This document shows positions 8,404 through 17,936 of a DNA stretch of 48,009 bases, piece by piece (position 1 is the first letter of the stretch; each line of letters begins with the position of its first letter). The position numbers and the translations under genes were made by a program. The notes under the pieces were generated by a model. The model searched no databases. It was not told where the DNA came from and worked only from the letters and a program-made list of their open reading frames with translations. Origin of the DNA: a virus (lineage: Duplodnaviria > Caudoviricetes); the IMG/VR virus record IMGVR_UViG_3300044530_000382, positions 1-48,009 of that record; one strand, 5' to 3'.

Positions 8404-9588
8404 GTGCTGGGCTTCTCTGCGATTGCTGATTCTCCCATTGCGGACATCCGTGAAGATCAGTATTTAGTCCTCACCTCCCAGACCCTCTCCCTCACGCTCA
8501 ATTCTGCTGCCGCTACCGCTGCGGCTAATGCAGCTGCTTCTTCTCAAAATCTTGTAACGACGCTTAACAGCCTGACCATTCAGGCAGCGGCTAACTATGC
8601 ACTGCAGAGCCAGAATCTAGCACTTACTCTTAACTCTGTCTCTCTTTCTGTTGATGCAGTTCTCCCTGCGCTAGACTCGCAGAGTCTGGCTACTACGCTC
8701 TCCAGCGTAATTGTCGAAGTCCAACCACCGACCTTTGACTCCCAGAGCCTCACGCTCTCGCTTAATTCTGTTGCTATTGCTACAGAAGTTGATGCTCTCC
8801 TAGGCTCTCAGTCCCTTGCGCTCACGCTTAATTCGGTCACGGCTTCTGCTGCCGTAAACCTCACGGCTGACTCTCAGGCTCTCTCGCTCACGCTTAATTC
8901 GGTCACGGCTTCTGCTGCCGTAAATCTTACCGCTGCTTCTCAAAGCCTTACGCTCACACAAAACCACGTACTCAACAGTACAGACCAGACGGTAGGGGTC
9001 ACAGGGTTTTCGATTGCTTCAACGCTCAACAGCTTCCGTAGTTTCTGGCTTGATGTATTCACCGTACAGATTCCAGAAATCCCCTACGACGATGCGTCCA
9101 TCGCGTCAAACCCTATTTGCTACACCCCACCAGCACCAACGACAGAAACAAGTATTCAGGGAAATTGGAATGAGATCACCCTTGATGCTGTTGTCTATGG
9201 TCAGGACTGTTCGATTGGTTCGCAGCCTATTTGTGTTGGAGTCAATTACACTAACACTGAACTCCTTGTTGTAGCAGTCAACGGTGCAGGAGCCATCACT
9301 CAGATAGCTATCAAACACACGTCGCTGTACGATGAAGTGCCATCCAATCCGGTATCAGTGGTAGCTACAAATGGTGGGTCAGGCGCGACATTCAATATCG
9401 CATACACTTTGAACGTAGCGGTTGTTGTGGATATAGCCAATGCCGGTTCAGGCTATGTGGTGGGCGACACACTCTTTGTTTTAGGAGGAATAGGGTATAA
9501 TCTGCCATCAACGGGTAAATATCCAGCCTCTCCGTGGAACTCAATTACGACGACACAGAACAGTAATTGGACCAACATTCCGACATAA
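8404..9588 (+). CDS. repeat-rich virion/tail-associated protein
   Basis: GTG start MLGFSAIADSPIA; about 9 copies of a ~22-aa SQxLxxTLNSV repeat; GSGY..GD motif; Trp-containing C-terminus. Confidence 0.7.
   Translation: MLGFSAIADSPIADIREDQYLVLTSQTLSLTLNSAAATAAANAAASSQNLVTTLNSLTIQAAANYALQSQNLALTLNSVSLSVDAVLPALDSQSLATTLSSVIVEVQPPTFDSQSLTLSLNSVAIATEVDALLGSQSLALTLNSVTASAAVNLTADSQALSLTLNSVTASAAVNLTAASQSLTLTQNHVLNSTDQTVGVTGFSIASTLNSFRSFWLDVFTVQIPEIPYDDASIASNPICYTPPAPTTETSIQGNWNEITLDAVVYGQDCSIGSQPICVGVNYTNTELLVVAVNGAGAITQIAIKHTSLYDEVPSNPVSVVATNGGSGATFNIAYTLNVAVVVDIANAGSGYVVGDTLFVLGGIGYNLPSTGKYPASPWNSITTTQNSNWTNIPT
8819..8924 (+). repeat. exact 40-bp direct repeat, 66-bp period
   Basis: CGCTCACGCTTAATTCGGTCACGGCTTCTGCTGCCGTAAA at 8819-8858 and 8885-8924. 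Confidence 0.85.
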
Positions 9589-9600
9589 AGGTAAAAAACA

Positions 9601-11703
9601 ATGCCGAGTACATACAGTTCCAATCTTCGTCTTGAACTCATCGCCTCGGGTGAGCAGGCCAATACGTGGGGCAACACCACCAACACCAATCTAGGCACGT
9701 TGCTGGAAAGTTCAATCGCGGGGCGCGTTGAACTGAGTTCTGGATGGGCTTCTAACTCCCTTACGCTAAGTGCATTCAACGGCGCAAACGACCAGTCTAG
9801 GCAGATGTGTCTAGTGGTCCCGGCGATTACGATCAGTGCTAACTCCACCATTATCGTCCCTGCAAGTGCCGTCACTTCTACATCGGGCAAGCTGTATACG
9901 GTCATAAATAAGTCCCTCTCCTATTCTGTCACCATCAAATTGGCGTCTACTACGGGCGTAACGATACCGGCTAATACAGCGAAGACTGTTATCTATAATG
10001 GTACGGATTTCCAAGAAGCCTTTACTGCGCTTGATCTGCTTACGCTGACCGGCACTCCGACTACAGCAGTGCATGCTGTTAACAAAGGCTACGTAGACAA
10101 CAAATTCTTCAGCCTTGCGGATAACAACACGGTCACGGGCAACACCTCATTCACAGGTACGGTAGCGCTCCCCACTGCAACTCCCACGGGCAACCAAGCG
10201 ACTTCGTACAATTACGTCAACGCAAACTACCTGTGGAAAGCAGCTGGTGTAACAAGCCAGATCATGAATCCTTTCTTGCGGCTGAACTACACTCCAACCG
10301 ATCCTGCTGATGCCGTACACAAAGCCTATGTAGACGCTAATTTTGTAGGCATATCCAACGTCCAGACTATCAGTGGAGCGAAGACTTTCTCCGGCAGCGT
10401 GTCTTTGAGCGGTGCGGCTACGCTGACTTTGGCCAATGCCCCTGTGTCTAATATGCAGGCCAGCACGAAGCAGTATGTGGACGACAGCGTTAACGCGGCG
10501 ATTGGCAGTGCAAGCAACACTTTTGCTTTGAAATCCACTACTGTTTATGCAGGCACTGGTATTCAGATCAACGGAACTAGCTTCGGCACCCTAGGAAATG
10601 ATCTAACTATCTCTGTTGTCGGCGGTGGTACGGTCACTTCTGTTACGGCTACGGCTCCTCTGGCAGTTACGGGGTCTACCGCTGTTAATCTTTCCATGCC
10701 TCCTGCTACAAGCTCCGCTAACGGTTATCTGCTCGCTACGGATTGGTATACCTTCGACAACAAGTGCAATGCCAACGGTTCAAATGCCTCTGGGGGAGCT
10801 TGGAACATCAGTATTCTAGGTAATGCCGCTACTGCGAGTTCTGTTGCTTGGACCAGTGTATCGGGTAGACCGACTGATTTAAGTTCTTTCACAAACGGCC
10901 CCGGCTATCTTTCTAGTGTCTCTTATGGGCAGGTTAGCGGTGCTCCTACTAAGCTAAGTCAGTTTTCTAATGATACCGGGTTTGTTAATGGTGGATATGT
11001 TGATGCACAAATAAATGCCCTTGCTGTGTCTATATCTGGCGATACAATGACGGGAAATTTGGCTATTTCCTCTAACTTCACAACAAATCAATATATCTCT
11101 GGTGTTTTTACTGATGGCTCAGGCAACTATTTTCCCGGTGTAGCGGCATACAGAAATGCTACGGGAAGCAACTATTCTCCTTTTGTTATTGTCCAAACAA
11201 ACAATTCCGGTCCTGTTGTCAGATATAATCTAACTACAGCAGGTGCTCATCTCTTTGTAGGCAACTTATCTGTAACGGGCAATCTTTCAGCAACTGGAAC
11301 AAAACCTTTCTGCATTGACCATCCTGTATTGGAAGATAAAAAGCTCTACCATGTAGCCGTGGAAGCTCCTAGAAACGATTTGTTGTATCGTGGAAAGGTA
11401 AAGTTAGCAGCGGGGCAAGCAACGGTTAACTTAGATAGCGAATCCCGTATGACTGCAGGGACATTTGTCGCTTTAACGCAAAATGTGGAAGTGGTTGGAC
11501 TTAATAATGCTTCAGGGTTTGGGCGGATTAGAGCCAGCGCTGTTGTTAATGGGCAGTTCACTATTTACGCAGAAGAGGCAGACTCTACCGACGAAGTAAA
11601 TTGGGTTGTGATGGCCGAGCGCAACGATAATAACATGCACGGCAATACCTTATGTGATGAATATGGTCGATTAGTCCCAGAGCAAGACAAAGAGGAGGAA
11701 TAA
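9601..11703 (+). CDS. long tail fibre / receptor-binding protein
   Basis: N-terminal MPSTYS.NLRLELIA.GEQ..TWG..TN.NL anchor; repeated A..K.YVD fibre motifs (HAVNKGYVD, DAVHKAYVD, QASTKQYVD); C-terminal KPFCIDHP...LYH...EAP domain. Confidence 0.8.
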   Translation: MPSTYSSNLRLELIASGEQANTWGNTTNTNLGTLLESSIAGRVELSSGWASNSLTLSAFNGANDQSRQMCLVVPAITISANSTIIVPASAVTSTSGKLYTVINKSLSYSVTIKLASTTGVTIPANTAKTVIYNGTDFQEAFTALDLLTLTGTPTTAVHAVNKGYVDNKFFSLADNNTVTGNTSFTGTVALPTATPTGNQATSYNYVNANYLWKAAGVTSQIMNPFLRLNYTPTDPADAVHKAYVDANFVGISNVQTISGAKTFSGSVSLSGAATLTLANAPVSNMQASTKQYVDDSVNAAIGSASNTFALKSTTVYAGTGIQINGTSFGTLGNDLTISVVGGGTVTSVTATAPLAVTGSTAVNLSMPPATSSANGYLLATDWYTFDNKCNANGSNASGGAWNISILGNAATASSVAWTSVSGRPTDLSSFTNGPGYLSSVSYGQVSGAPTKLSQFSNDTGFVNGGYVDAQINALAVSISGDTMTGNLAISSNFTTNQYISGVFTDGSGNYFPGVAAYRNATGSNYSPFVIVQTNNSGPVVRYNLTTAGAHLFVGNLSVTGNLSATGTKPFCIDHPVLEDKKLYHVAVEAPRNDLLYRGKVKLAAGQATVNLDSESRMTAGTFVALTQNVEVVGLNNASGFGRIRASAVVNGQFTIYAEEADSTDEVNWVVMAERNDNNMHGNTLCDEYGRLVPEQDKEEE

Positions 11704-11704
11704 A

Positions 11705-14086
11705 ATGCCCCTCCAAAAAATACAACTACGCCCCGGAGTTAACAGAGAAAGCACATCTCTTGCTAATGAGGGTGGGTTTTACGCTTGCGATAAGATTAGG
11801 TTTCGCTCTGGCCAGCCTGAGAATATAGGGGGTTGGTCTTTTGCTGCGACGGATATTTATCTAGGGGCTTGTCGTGATCTGACGGAGTGGGAATCTCTAG
11901 CGAGTTCTGGCGTGTCTTTCACTCTGCTGGGTATGGGGACAAACCTCAAATACTACATTGACTCGAACCAAGAGTTCTACGATATCACTCCCATAGAGAA
12001 GTCCTTTGCAGCGGGTACAGTCTCTTTTGACACCATCTACTCAACGCTTAATGGGAACATTTCAGCCACTGCCACAGACATCATTCTCACTTCCGGTACG
12101 TCATTCAGTAGAGCCTTTCCCCTTGTTATTCGTATTGGGTCAGAGGATATCTATGTTCAGAGTGTCAGCACTAACACCTTAACCGGCTGTGTACGTGGGT
12201 ACAATGGGACTACAGCAGCAGCACACAACACAGGTGCAGCGGTTACTTCACGTTGGATAATGCTTGCTTCTACCGCCAATAACTCTCAGATAGATAACTT
12301 CGTTACGATAGCGGCGGCGACAGCGTTCGGTCCCTACACGGTAGACAATCTCAACGGCAACTTTCAGATTAAGGCGGTTTCGTCTAACTACGTAGCGATT
12401 GATGTAGGGGTCTATTCGACCTCAGCTTTGACCGGACAAGGCGGTGCTAGCATTACGGCTGCTTTTGAGATTGACACAGGTGCGGCGTTTGCTACACAGG
12501 GTACAGGGTGGGGTTCGGGTATTTGGAACTCAATGACCTACGCCGCTGGGCTAGGCGCTCTGAATGAAGAGTTAGACGACTCCGAAACGACCATAACGCT
12601 TGTCGATGCCTCTACGTTTCCTTCCTCTGGGTACATCATCATTGAGTCGGAAATCATTCAGTATGCGGGCAAGAGCACTAACGATCTAACGGGATGCACA
12701 CGCGGAGCGACTTCTAGTACGGCAACCTACCATGCTAATGGGACGATGGTTCGTCAGATCAACTACCAAAGCACAACACCCAGCGCGGGCAATCCGGTTC
12801 GAGGGTGGAGTACGTCTGCTGCCTTCGGGGTCAATATACCCATGCAGCTTTGGAGTTCTGATTCGTTTGGTCAGGATTTGGTGTACAACATTCGTAATGG
12901 TGGTGTGTATTACTGGACTGCAAGCACTGGGTTAACCTCCACAGGGGCCATAGACGAGCGTGGTGTTAACATCGCTAGCGTCGGTTTTGCTGCGGACACT
13001 TGGGCACCTGTGGTGGGAGCGCATGTCTTTGTTTCTGAAGAACGGCATATCGTGGTGCTAGGCACCAATGACCCAACAGCTACAGAACCCAGTGCACAAG
13101 ACCCGTTATTGCTTCGCTGGTGCGAACAGGAAGACCCGTTGATTTGGGAACCGACTCCGATTAACACGGCAGGCTTTCAGCGTATGGCTTATGGGTCCAA
13201 GCTGATTACCGCAGAGAAAACAAGGCAGGAAATCCTTCTTTGGAGTGATAGCGCTCTCTACTCCATGCGCTACCTTGGCCCTCCCTACACCTTTGGGTTC
13301 AACACGATTTCTAACGAAATCAACCTAGCAGGGCCGAATGCTGTAGCCACGGCAAGTAACATCACCTATTGGATGGGCATTGATAAGTTCTATGTGTATT
13401 CTGGTCGGGTAGACACGCTCCCCTGTACGCTGCGCCAGTATGTGTTTGATGATATCAACGAAAATCAGCTAGATCAGGTCTATGCCGGGACTAACGAGAA
13501 GTTTAACGAAGTCTGGTGGTTCTACCCCTCGGCGGGGACTGCTGATTCTGATTTTCCGACAAATGACCGCTATGTAGTCTACAACTACTTGGAAAAAGTC
13601 TGGTACTACGGACAACTGCCGCGCACGGCTTGGTTTGACTCTCACATCCGTGCCTACCCTGTAGCGACTAACAACGGCATTTTGTATCTGCATGAGACTG
13701 GGGTAGACGACACTACGACGAATCCTCCAACCCCCATACCTTCTTACATTGAATCATCTGACTTTGACATTGGTGAGGGCGACCACTTCTCCTTCATCAA
13801 ACGCATCATTCCCGATGTCGATTTCATTGGGTCACAGGTGAATAGCCCTTCCGTTACGATGACTGTCTCTGTAAGGAATTTTCCGGGTCAGGGATCATTT
13901 ATTTCAGCGGATAGCGAAGTAGTGGCTAGTAACAAAGTGTCTCTGCAAGTGTATGATTACACTCATCAGGAATGGATACGCCTCAGAGGACGGCAGGTGG
14001 CGTTTAAGATCAGTAGTGATGCGCTAGGCATAAAGTGGCAGATGGGTGTACCTAGACTCGACCTCAGACTTGATGGCAGACGCTGA
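11705..14086 (+). CDS. tail nozzle / DNA-stabilisation-like protein (P22 gp10/T7 gp12 position)
   Basis: PG.NRE.T...EGG.Y.CDK.RFR.G.PE.IGGW N-terminus, propeller-like W/Y motifs, C-terminal R.RGRQ...G.PRLD...DGRR. Confidence 0.7.
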   Translation: MPLQKIQLRPGVNRESTSLANEGGFYACDKIRFRSGQPENIGGWSFAATDIYLGACRDLTEWESLASSGVSFTLLGMGTNLKYYIDSNQEFYDITPIEKSFAAGTVSFDTIYSTLNGNISATATDIILTSGTSFSRAFPLVIRIGSEDIYVQSVSTNTLTGCVRGYNGTTAAAHNTGAAVTSRWIMLASTANNSQIDNFVTIAAATAFGPYTVDNLNGNFQIKAVSSNYVAIDVGVYSTSALTGQGGASITAAFEIDTGAAFATQGTGWGSGIWNSMTYAAGLGALNEELDDSETTITLVDASTFPSSGYIIIESEIIQYAGKSTNDLTGCTRGATSSTATYHANGTMVRQINYQSTTPSAGNPVRGWSTSAAFGVNIPMQLWSSDSFGQDLVYNIRNGGVYYWTASTGLTSTGAIDERGVNIASVGFAADTWAPVVGAHVFVSEERHIVVLGTNDPTATEPSAQDPLLLRWCEQEDPLIWEPTPINTAGFQRMAYGSKLITAEKTRQEILLWSDSALYSMRYLGPPYTFGFNTISNEINLAGPNAVATASNITYWMGIDKFYVYSGRVDTLPCTLRQYVFDDINENQLDQVYAGTNEKFNEVWWFYPSAGTADSDFPTNDRYVVYNYLEKVWYYGQLPRTAWFDSHIRAYPVATNNGILYLHETGVDDTTTNPPTPIPSYIESSDFDIGEGDHFSFIKRIIPDVDFIGSQVNSPSVTMTVSVRNFPGQGSFISADSEVVASNKVSLQVYDYTHQEWIRLRGRQVAFKISSDALGIKWQMGVPRLDLRLDGRR

Positions 14087-14088
14087 CC

Positions 14089-14117
14089 TTGCGCATCTGG
14101 GCTAATATCTATAAAAT
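14089..14117 (+). promoter_or_regulatory. sigma70-like promoter for the endonuclease gene
   Basis: TTGCGC (14089-14094), 17-nt spacer, TAAAAT (14112-14117). Confidence 0.55.
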
Positions 14118-14145
14118 GAAGCTCCTCACATCTAGGAGTTTTGAA

Positions 14146-14769
14146 ATGCCTAAGAAATTTGATAGAGTCGGGATGGTGTATGGAAGACTTACAGTGCTTC
14201 GTTTTCATGGACATAATGCACATAAGCAGCGACGTTGGGAGTGCCTTTGCGAATGCGGTAATGCTGTTGTGCTAACAGGTGGGGCGCTAACTACAGGGAA
14301 CACTGTCTCTTGCGGGTGCTATCTCAAAGAGCGTATAACTAAGCATGGCGGATATAAAAAGAGTTCTTACAACACATGGCGCGGCATGATGCGCAGATGC
14401 TATAACCAGAAAGATAAGGATTTTCCAAAATATGGCGCTGTTGTTGTGGATGTTCAACCATCATGGCATGACTATCTTAGTTTCGCAGAAGATATGGGTG
14501 AGCCAGAAGGTGATCAGACTTTGCATAGGATAGACCCGTATGGCAATTACACAAAAGAAAATTGTAAGTGGGCGTCTCCTACAATACAAGCTAGAGAAAT
14601 ACGTATATCTAAACGCAATAAAACAGGGTATATAGGGGTACGCCAAAATAAAGATGGCACGTTTATGGCTAAAGTCACTGTAAAAAACAAAGCGTACTAT
14701 TCAAAATGTTATAAATCGATAGAACAAGCTATAATCGCGCGTAAAGAGCTAGAAGAAAAATATTGGTAA
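14146..14769 (+). CDS. free-standing HNH-like endonuclease with AP2-like C-terminus
   Basis: GRLTV, W.C.CECG, SCGC, YNTWRGM.RRC, LHRIDPYGNYTKENCKWA, NKTGYIGV. ATG 14146 with SD AGGAG is preferred over the TTG at 14089 in the track. Confidence 0.8.
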   Translation: MPKKFDRVGMVYGRLTVLRFHGHNAHKQRRWECLCECGNAVVLTGGALTTGNTVSCGCYLKERITKHGGYKKSSYNTWRGMMRRCYNQKDKDFPKYGAVVVDVQPSWHDYLSFAEDMGEPEGDQTLHRIDPYGNYTKENCKWASPTIQAREIRISKRNKTGYIGVRQNKDGTFMAKVTVKNKAYYSKCYKSIEQAIIARKELEEKYW

Positions 14770-15197
14770 TGAGTAAAACAGGCAACATCCCCCCTCCTCC
14801 GGTTCTGCCTCTAGCTCCGCTAGAGTATGACATTCAGTTCCAGAACAACTTAGTGCGTTTGGTCAACTACTTCATAGAACAGGTAGGCAATCCGGGCGAC
14901 GTGCGGTGTACCTCGTTAGTCGTAGCCAATTTCAATTCAGACGGTAATGCGTTCTCTGCGGCTCCTCCTACACCCATAGCGGCTACTGCTCTGCAGATAG
15001 ATTTGTTCTACACGATTGTCACAGTGGGCACTACAGACTTCACATTGGTCGGAGCCGCCGACAATAACCTAGGCACTACATTCAAAGCGAATGCCACAGG
15101 CACAGGCACAGGCACAGGACGAGTCATTACCGGCTCTCCACATGGCACCGTCTGGCGCGACACCGCTGATGACAACACACTGAAAATCGTACCGTAA
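14769..15197 (+). CDS. tail-associated protein
   Basis: TAATG overlap at 14767-14771; P.LPLAP.EY motif; C-terminal VWRD...TLKIV. Confidence 0.6.
   Translation: MSKTGNIPPPPVLPLAPLEYDIQFQNNLVRLVNYFIEQVGNPGDVRCTSLVVANFNSDGNAFSAAPPTPIAATALQIDLFYTIVTVGTTDFTLVGAADNNLGTTFKANATGTGTGTGRVITGSPHGTVWRDTADDNTLKIVP
15095..15118 (+). repeat. (CACAGG)x4 tandem repeat
   Basis: Directly visible; encodes TGTGTGTG. Confidence 0.85.
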
Positions 15198-15209
15198 AAG
15201 AGAATACTC

Positions 15210-16499
15210 ATGCCAAGATTCAACTCAACTGCCAATGGTCTAGCCTCTCTGGGACGTAACGGAGACACGATGCTCATGCACGTGAATCCTCAAGAAGTGG
15301 CTGGACTCTCTGCTCTACTTGGTTCCGAACCTACGGTGAATCCTGACACGGGCCTGCCTGAAGCGTTTAATTGGAGCAGCATTATCTCTGGCCTGATGGG
15401 GAATACGATTGGCCTAGTTAATAGCGCTGCTGTCAAGGATGCTGCAGAAGAAGTGTTAGATGCAGGGGACTGGTGGGCAGAGCCTTTAGGTTTGGGTCTT
15501 TCGAGTCTGGTAGGCGCAGGTACAAACGCCGCCACTGCTGCTGCCACTGCCGGTTTGACAGGAGGTAATGTAGGGGACGCCGCTAAAGCAGCGGGATTGA
15601 CTGGAGCCGCAACAGGCCTTTATGGTGGGTTGGAAGCTGAGAATATATTGGGGCAACAGCCGAGAACAGCAGAACAGACAATGGATGATTTGTTCTACGA
15701 GGGGCCAGAAAAGGCGCAGTCCGCAGGTTTTGGTGACAGATATCTCAGCAATCTTGGCCGCGCATGGGATACCAATGTCACAAACAAAGGCGGTTTCAAG
15801 AACTTCCTCTCTGAACACGGGCAACCCTTAATGCTGGCTGGTGGTATGCAGTCTGCGCTTGAGCAAAACTTCGGAGCAGATGAACTGGCAAAAAAACAAA
15901 AAGAAAGGCAGATGCGGTTATTTGCCGATGCAGGGCTTGATCCTTTCAATCTCATGCGGTCTTACTCTTTCACCACTCGTGGTACTGGGTATGCAGGAGG
16001 CGGGGCTGTAGGTTACGCGACAGAATTTGGGCTTCCTACACAGGTCACTATCCCTGAAAGATACATAGATGAATTGAAAAAAGCAGGAGGTATCGCCGCG
16101 CTAGGTATGACTAACCCAACAGGTCACGCGCAGGGTGGGTACATAAACATGACTCCTTTTAACCCACAAGAGCATTACCCACAGTCGATGATTGATAAGG
16201 CCAAGCCTTATGCCGCTGCCGCTCCACAACGTCATGAGGTCGTAAAAGGCTATGAAGATGGTGGGTTTGTAGAGGGTGACGGGGACGGAATGTCCGATGA
16301 CGTGGAGGCGGTTCTTGAGGGGGAAGAAGAGATTCGTGTAGCCGATGGAGAGGTCATTATTCCCAAGGCTATCGTAGACATGTTTGGTGTTGAAGCTTTA
16401 GATAATATGCTCAAACGTGTTAGAATGGCAGCATACGGAACGGGTAAACAAGTTAAACAGGATGCTGGCAAAGAAGTCGTACTGGATATGCTGGACTAA
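15210..16499 (+). CDS. putative internal virion/ejection protein
   Basis: GLASLGRNGDTML.H.NP.E...L...PTVNP.TGLPEAF motif; Gly/Ala-rich hydrophobic region; C-terminal G.GDGMSD...ADGE.IIP motif. Confidence 0.6.
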   Translation: MPRFNSTANGLASLGRNGDTMLMHVNPQEVAGLSALLGSEPTVNPDTGLPEAFNWSSIISGLMGNTIGLVNSAAVKDAAEEVLDAGDWWAEPLGLGLSSLVGAGTNAATAAATAGLTGGNVGDAAKAAGLTGAATGLYGGLEAENILGQQPRTAEQTMDDLFYEGPEKAQSAGFGDRYLSNLGRAWDTNVTNKGGFKNFLSEHGQPLMLAGGMQSALEQNFGADELAKKQKERQMRLFADAGLDPFNLMRSYSFTTRGTGYAGGGAVGYATEFGLPTQVTIPERYIDELKKAGGIAALGMTNPTGHAQGGYINMTPFNPQEHYPQSMIDKAKPYAAAAPQRHEVVKGYEDGGFVEGDGDGMSDDVEAVLEGEEEIRVADGEVIIPKAIVDMFGVEALDNMLKRVRMAAYGTGKQVKQDAGKEVVLDMLD

Positions 16500-16930
16500 T
16501 GAACGCAGTAGAGAAAGTAAAACCCGAAATCGCTGATCTTCAACAGGCTATGGCAGACGCAATCGCGTCTGGAGATCAGGTAGAAATCAAGGGCGACACT
16601 GAGCATTTCATTGTTCCCGGTCTGCTCTATGGGCGCAGGACGAATGTCCCTGCCGGTGCCACAATTATATCAGCGGTTCATAAAGTTCCTCATATCACTA
16701 TAGCTCTGAAAGGTATCGCCACGGTAGTTGGAGAAGATGGAGAAAAGCGGGATGTGTTCGCCCCCAACGTCTTCATCACCCCTGCCGGTGTACAAAGAGC
16801 CATCTATGCCCATACTGAAGTGGAATGGTTGACTGTCCATGCTTGCCAAGAGACTGATATAGAAGTGATCGAGCAGCTGCTCACGTGCCGATCAATGGAT
16901 GAATACAACGCAGGACTGATAGAGGGTTAA
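16499..16930 (+). CDS. cupin-like protein
   Basis: HF..GL.YGR...PAG.....VHK.PH.....G...V ... P.G..RA.YA......W.TVH pattern suggests a double-stranded beta-helix. Confidence 0.6.
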   Translation: MNAVEKVKPEIADLQQAMADAIASGDQVEIKGDTEHFIVPGLLYGRRTNVPAGATIISAVHKVPHITIALKGIATVVGEDGEKRDVFAPNVFITPAGVQRAIYAHTEVEWLTVHACQETDIEVIEQLLTCRSMDEYNAGLIEG

Positions 16931-16931
16931 T

Positions 16932-17936
16932 ATGGCATTTATTATTCTAGGTTCTGTTGGATCGGCATTAGCCTCCGGCCTTGCGGCTGTGGGTCTTGGT
17001 ACAGTAGGTGCTGCGGGTGCAGCGGGTACAGGTATAGCTGGGGCAGTGGGTACAGCGGCGGGAGCCGCGTCTGGTATAGGCTCAGGCATTGCTGGGGGTA
17101 TCGCCTCTGGACTGGGGGCTCTCGGAATGGGTACAGCCGCTGCGCCTTCCGCTTTGGCCTCTGCTATAGGTACTGGAGCAACCACCGCTGCGGGCGGTGC
17201 GGGTATGGGTGCGGCTTCTTCTGCTGCGATGGGGGGTGATCCCGGTCAAGGCGCTTTGATGGGCGGACTCACTGCAGGTGCTATGAGTGGTATTGGCGGA
17301 TTGATGGGCGGTGCTAGTGGCAGTGCTGGTAGCGCTGTGGGAGATGGATTAACTACAGCTAGCGAAGCTATGCTGAACCCTACGGCAGCTGCAGCTGCTC
17401 CCGGTGCTACTACTGTTGGTGATGTAGCTACACAAACGGCTATGGGGCAAACGGGTGCAGCCATTCCAGAATTAGCAACGCAAGCGGCGGCTCCTACGTC
17501 TTCTCTCTTCGGCGGTTTTGGTGGCGATCTAACTGAGATGGCTGTTAAAGAAGGCATGGGTATGATGAAGCCCGAAGAAGGCCAAGTTAGAGTCCCGCGT
17601 AGTGGCGGTGGAGGCAGACCCAAATCTCGTTACGATGAAGAGCAAGAGCAGGGCATGGGAAATCCTTTTGCTAATCCTTTTGCTGGCTTTGCCGAAGGTG
17701 GACTGACTACGCTTAAAGGCGGTGGGATTTCTATGCGCGAGGGGCAGTATGTCGTCCCTGCCGACGTTGTGAGTGCTATCGGTAACGGATCATCCAAAGC
17801 AGGGGCAAAGTTTCTGGAGCAAGCCTTCAATCACTACATTCAAAATGGTCCCCCGGAAGGAGTAAAACCTCAGAAACGTGCCGGTAGCCTAGCTGAGCAA
17901 CGTATGCAAGAAAGAGTGCAGAGGGAAGCCGCTTGA
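16932..17936 (+). CDS. Gly/Ala-rich putative ejection (DNA-transfer) protein
   Basis: Long G/A-rich hydrophobic N-terminal half; C-terminal EGQYVVPADVVSAIGNGSS.AGA.FL motif. Confidence 0.6.
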   Translation: MAFIILGSVGSALASGLAAVGLGTVGAAGAAGTGIAGAVGTAAGAASGIGSGIAGGIASGLGALGMGTAAAPSALASAIGTGATTAAGGAGMGAASSAAMGGDPGQGALMGGLTAGAMSGIGGLMGGASGSAGSAVGDGLTTASEAMLNPTAAAAAPGATTVGDVATQTAMGQTGAAIPELATQAAAPTSSLFGGFGGDLTEMAVKEGMGMMKPEEGQVRVPRSGGGGRPKSRYDEEQEQGMGNPFANPFAGFAEGGLTTLKGGGISMREGQYVVPADVVSAIGNGSSKAGAKFLEQAFNHYIQNGPPEGVKPQKRAGSLAEQRMQERVQREAA

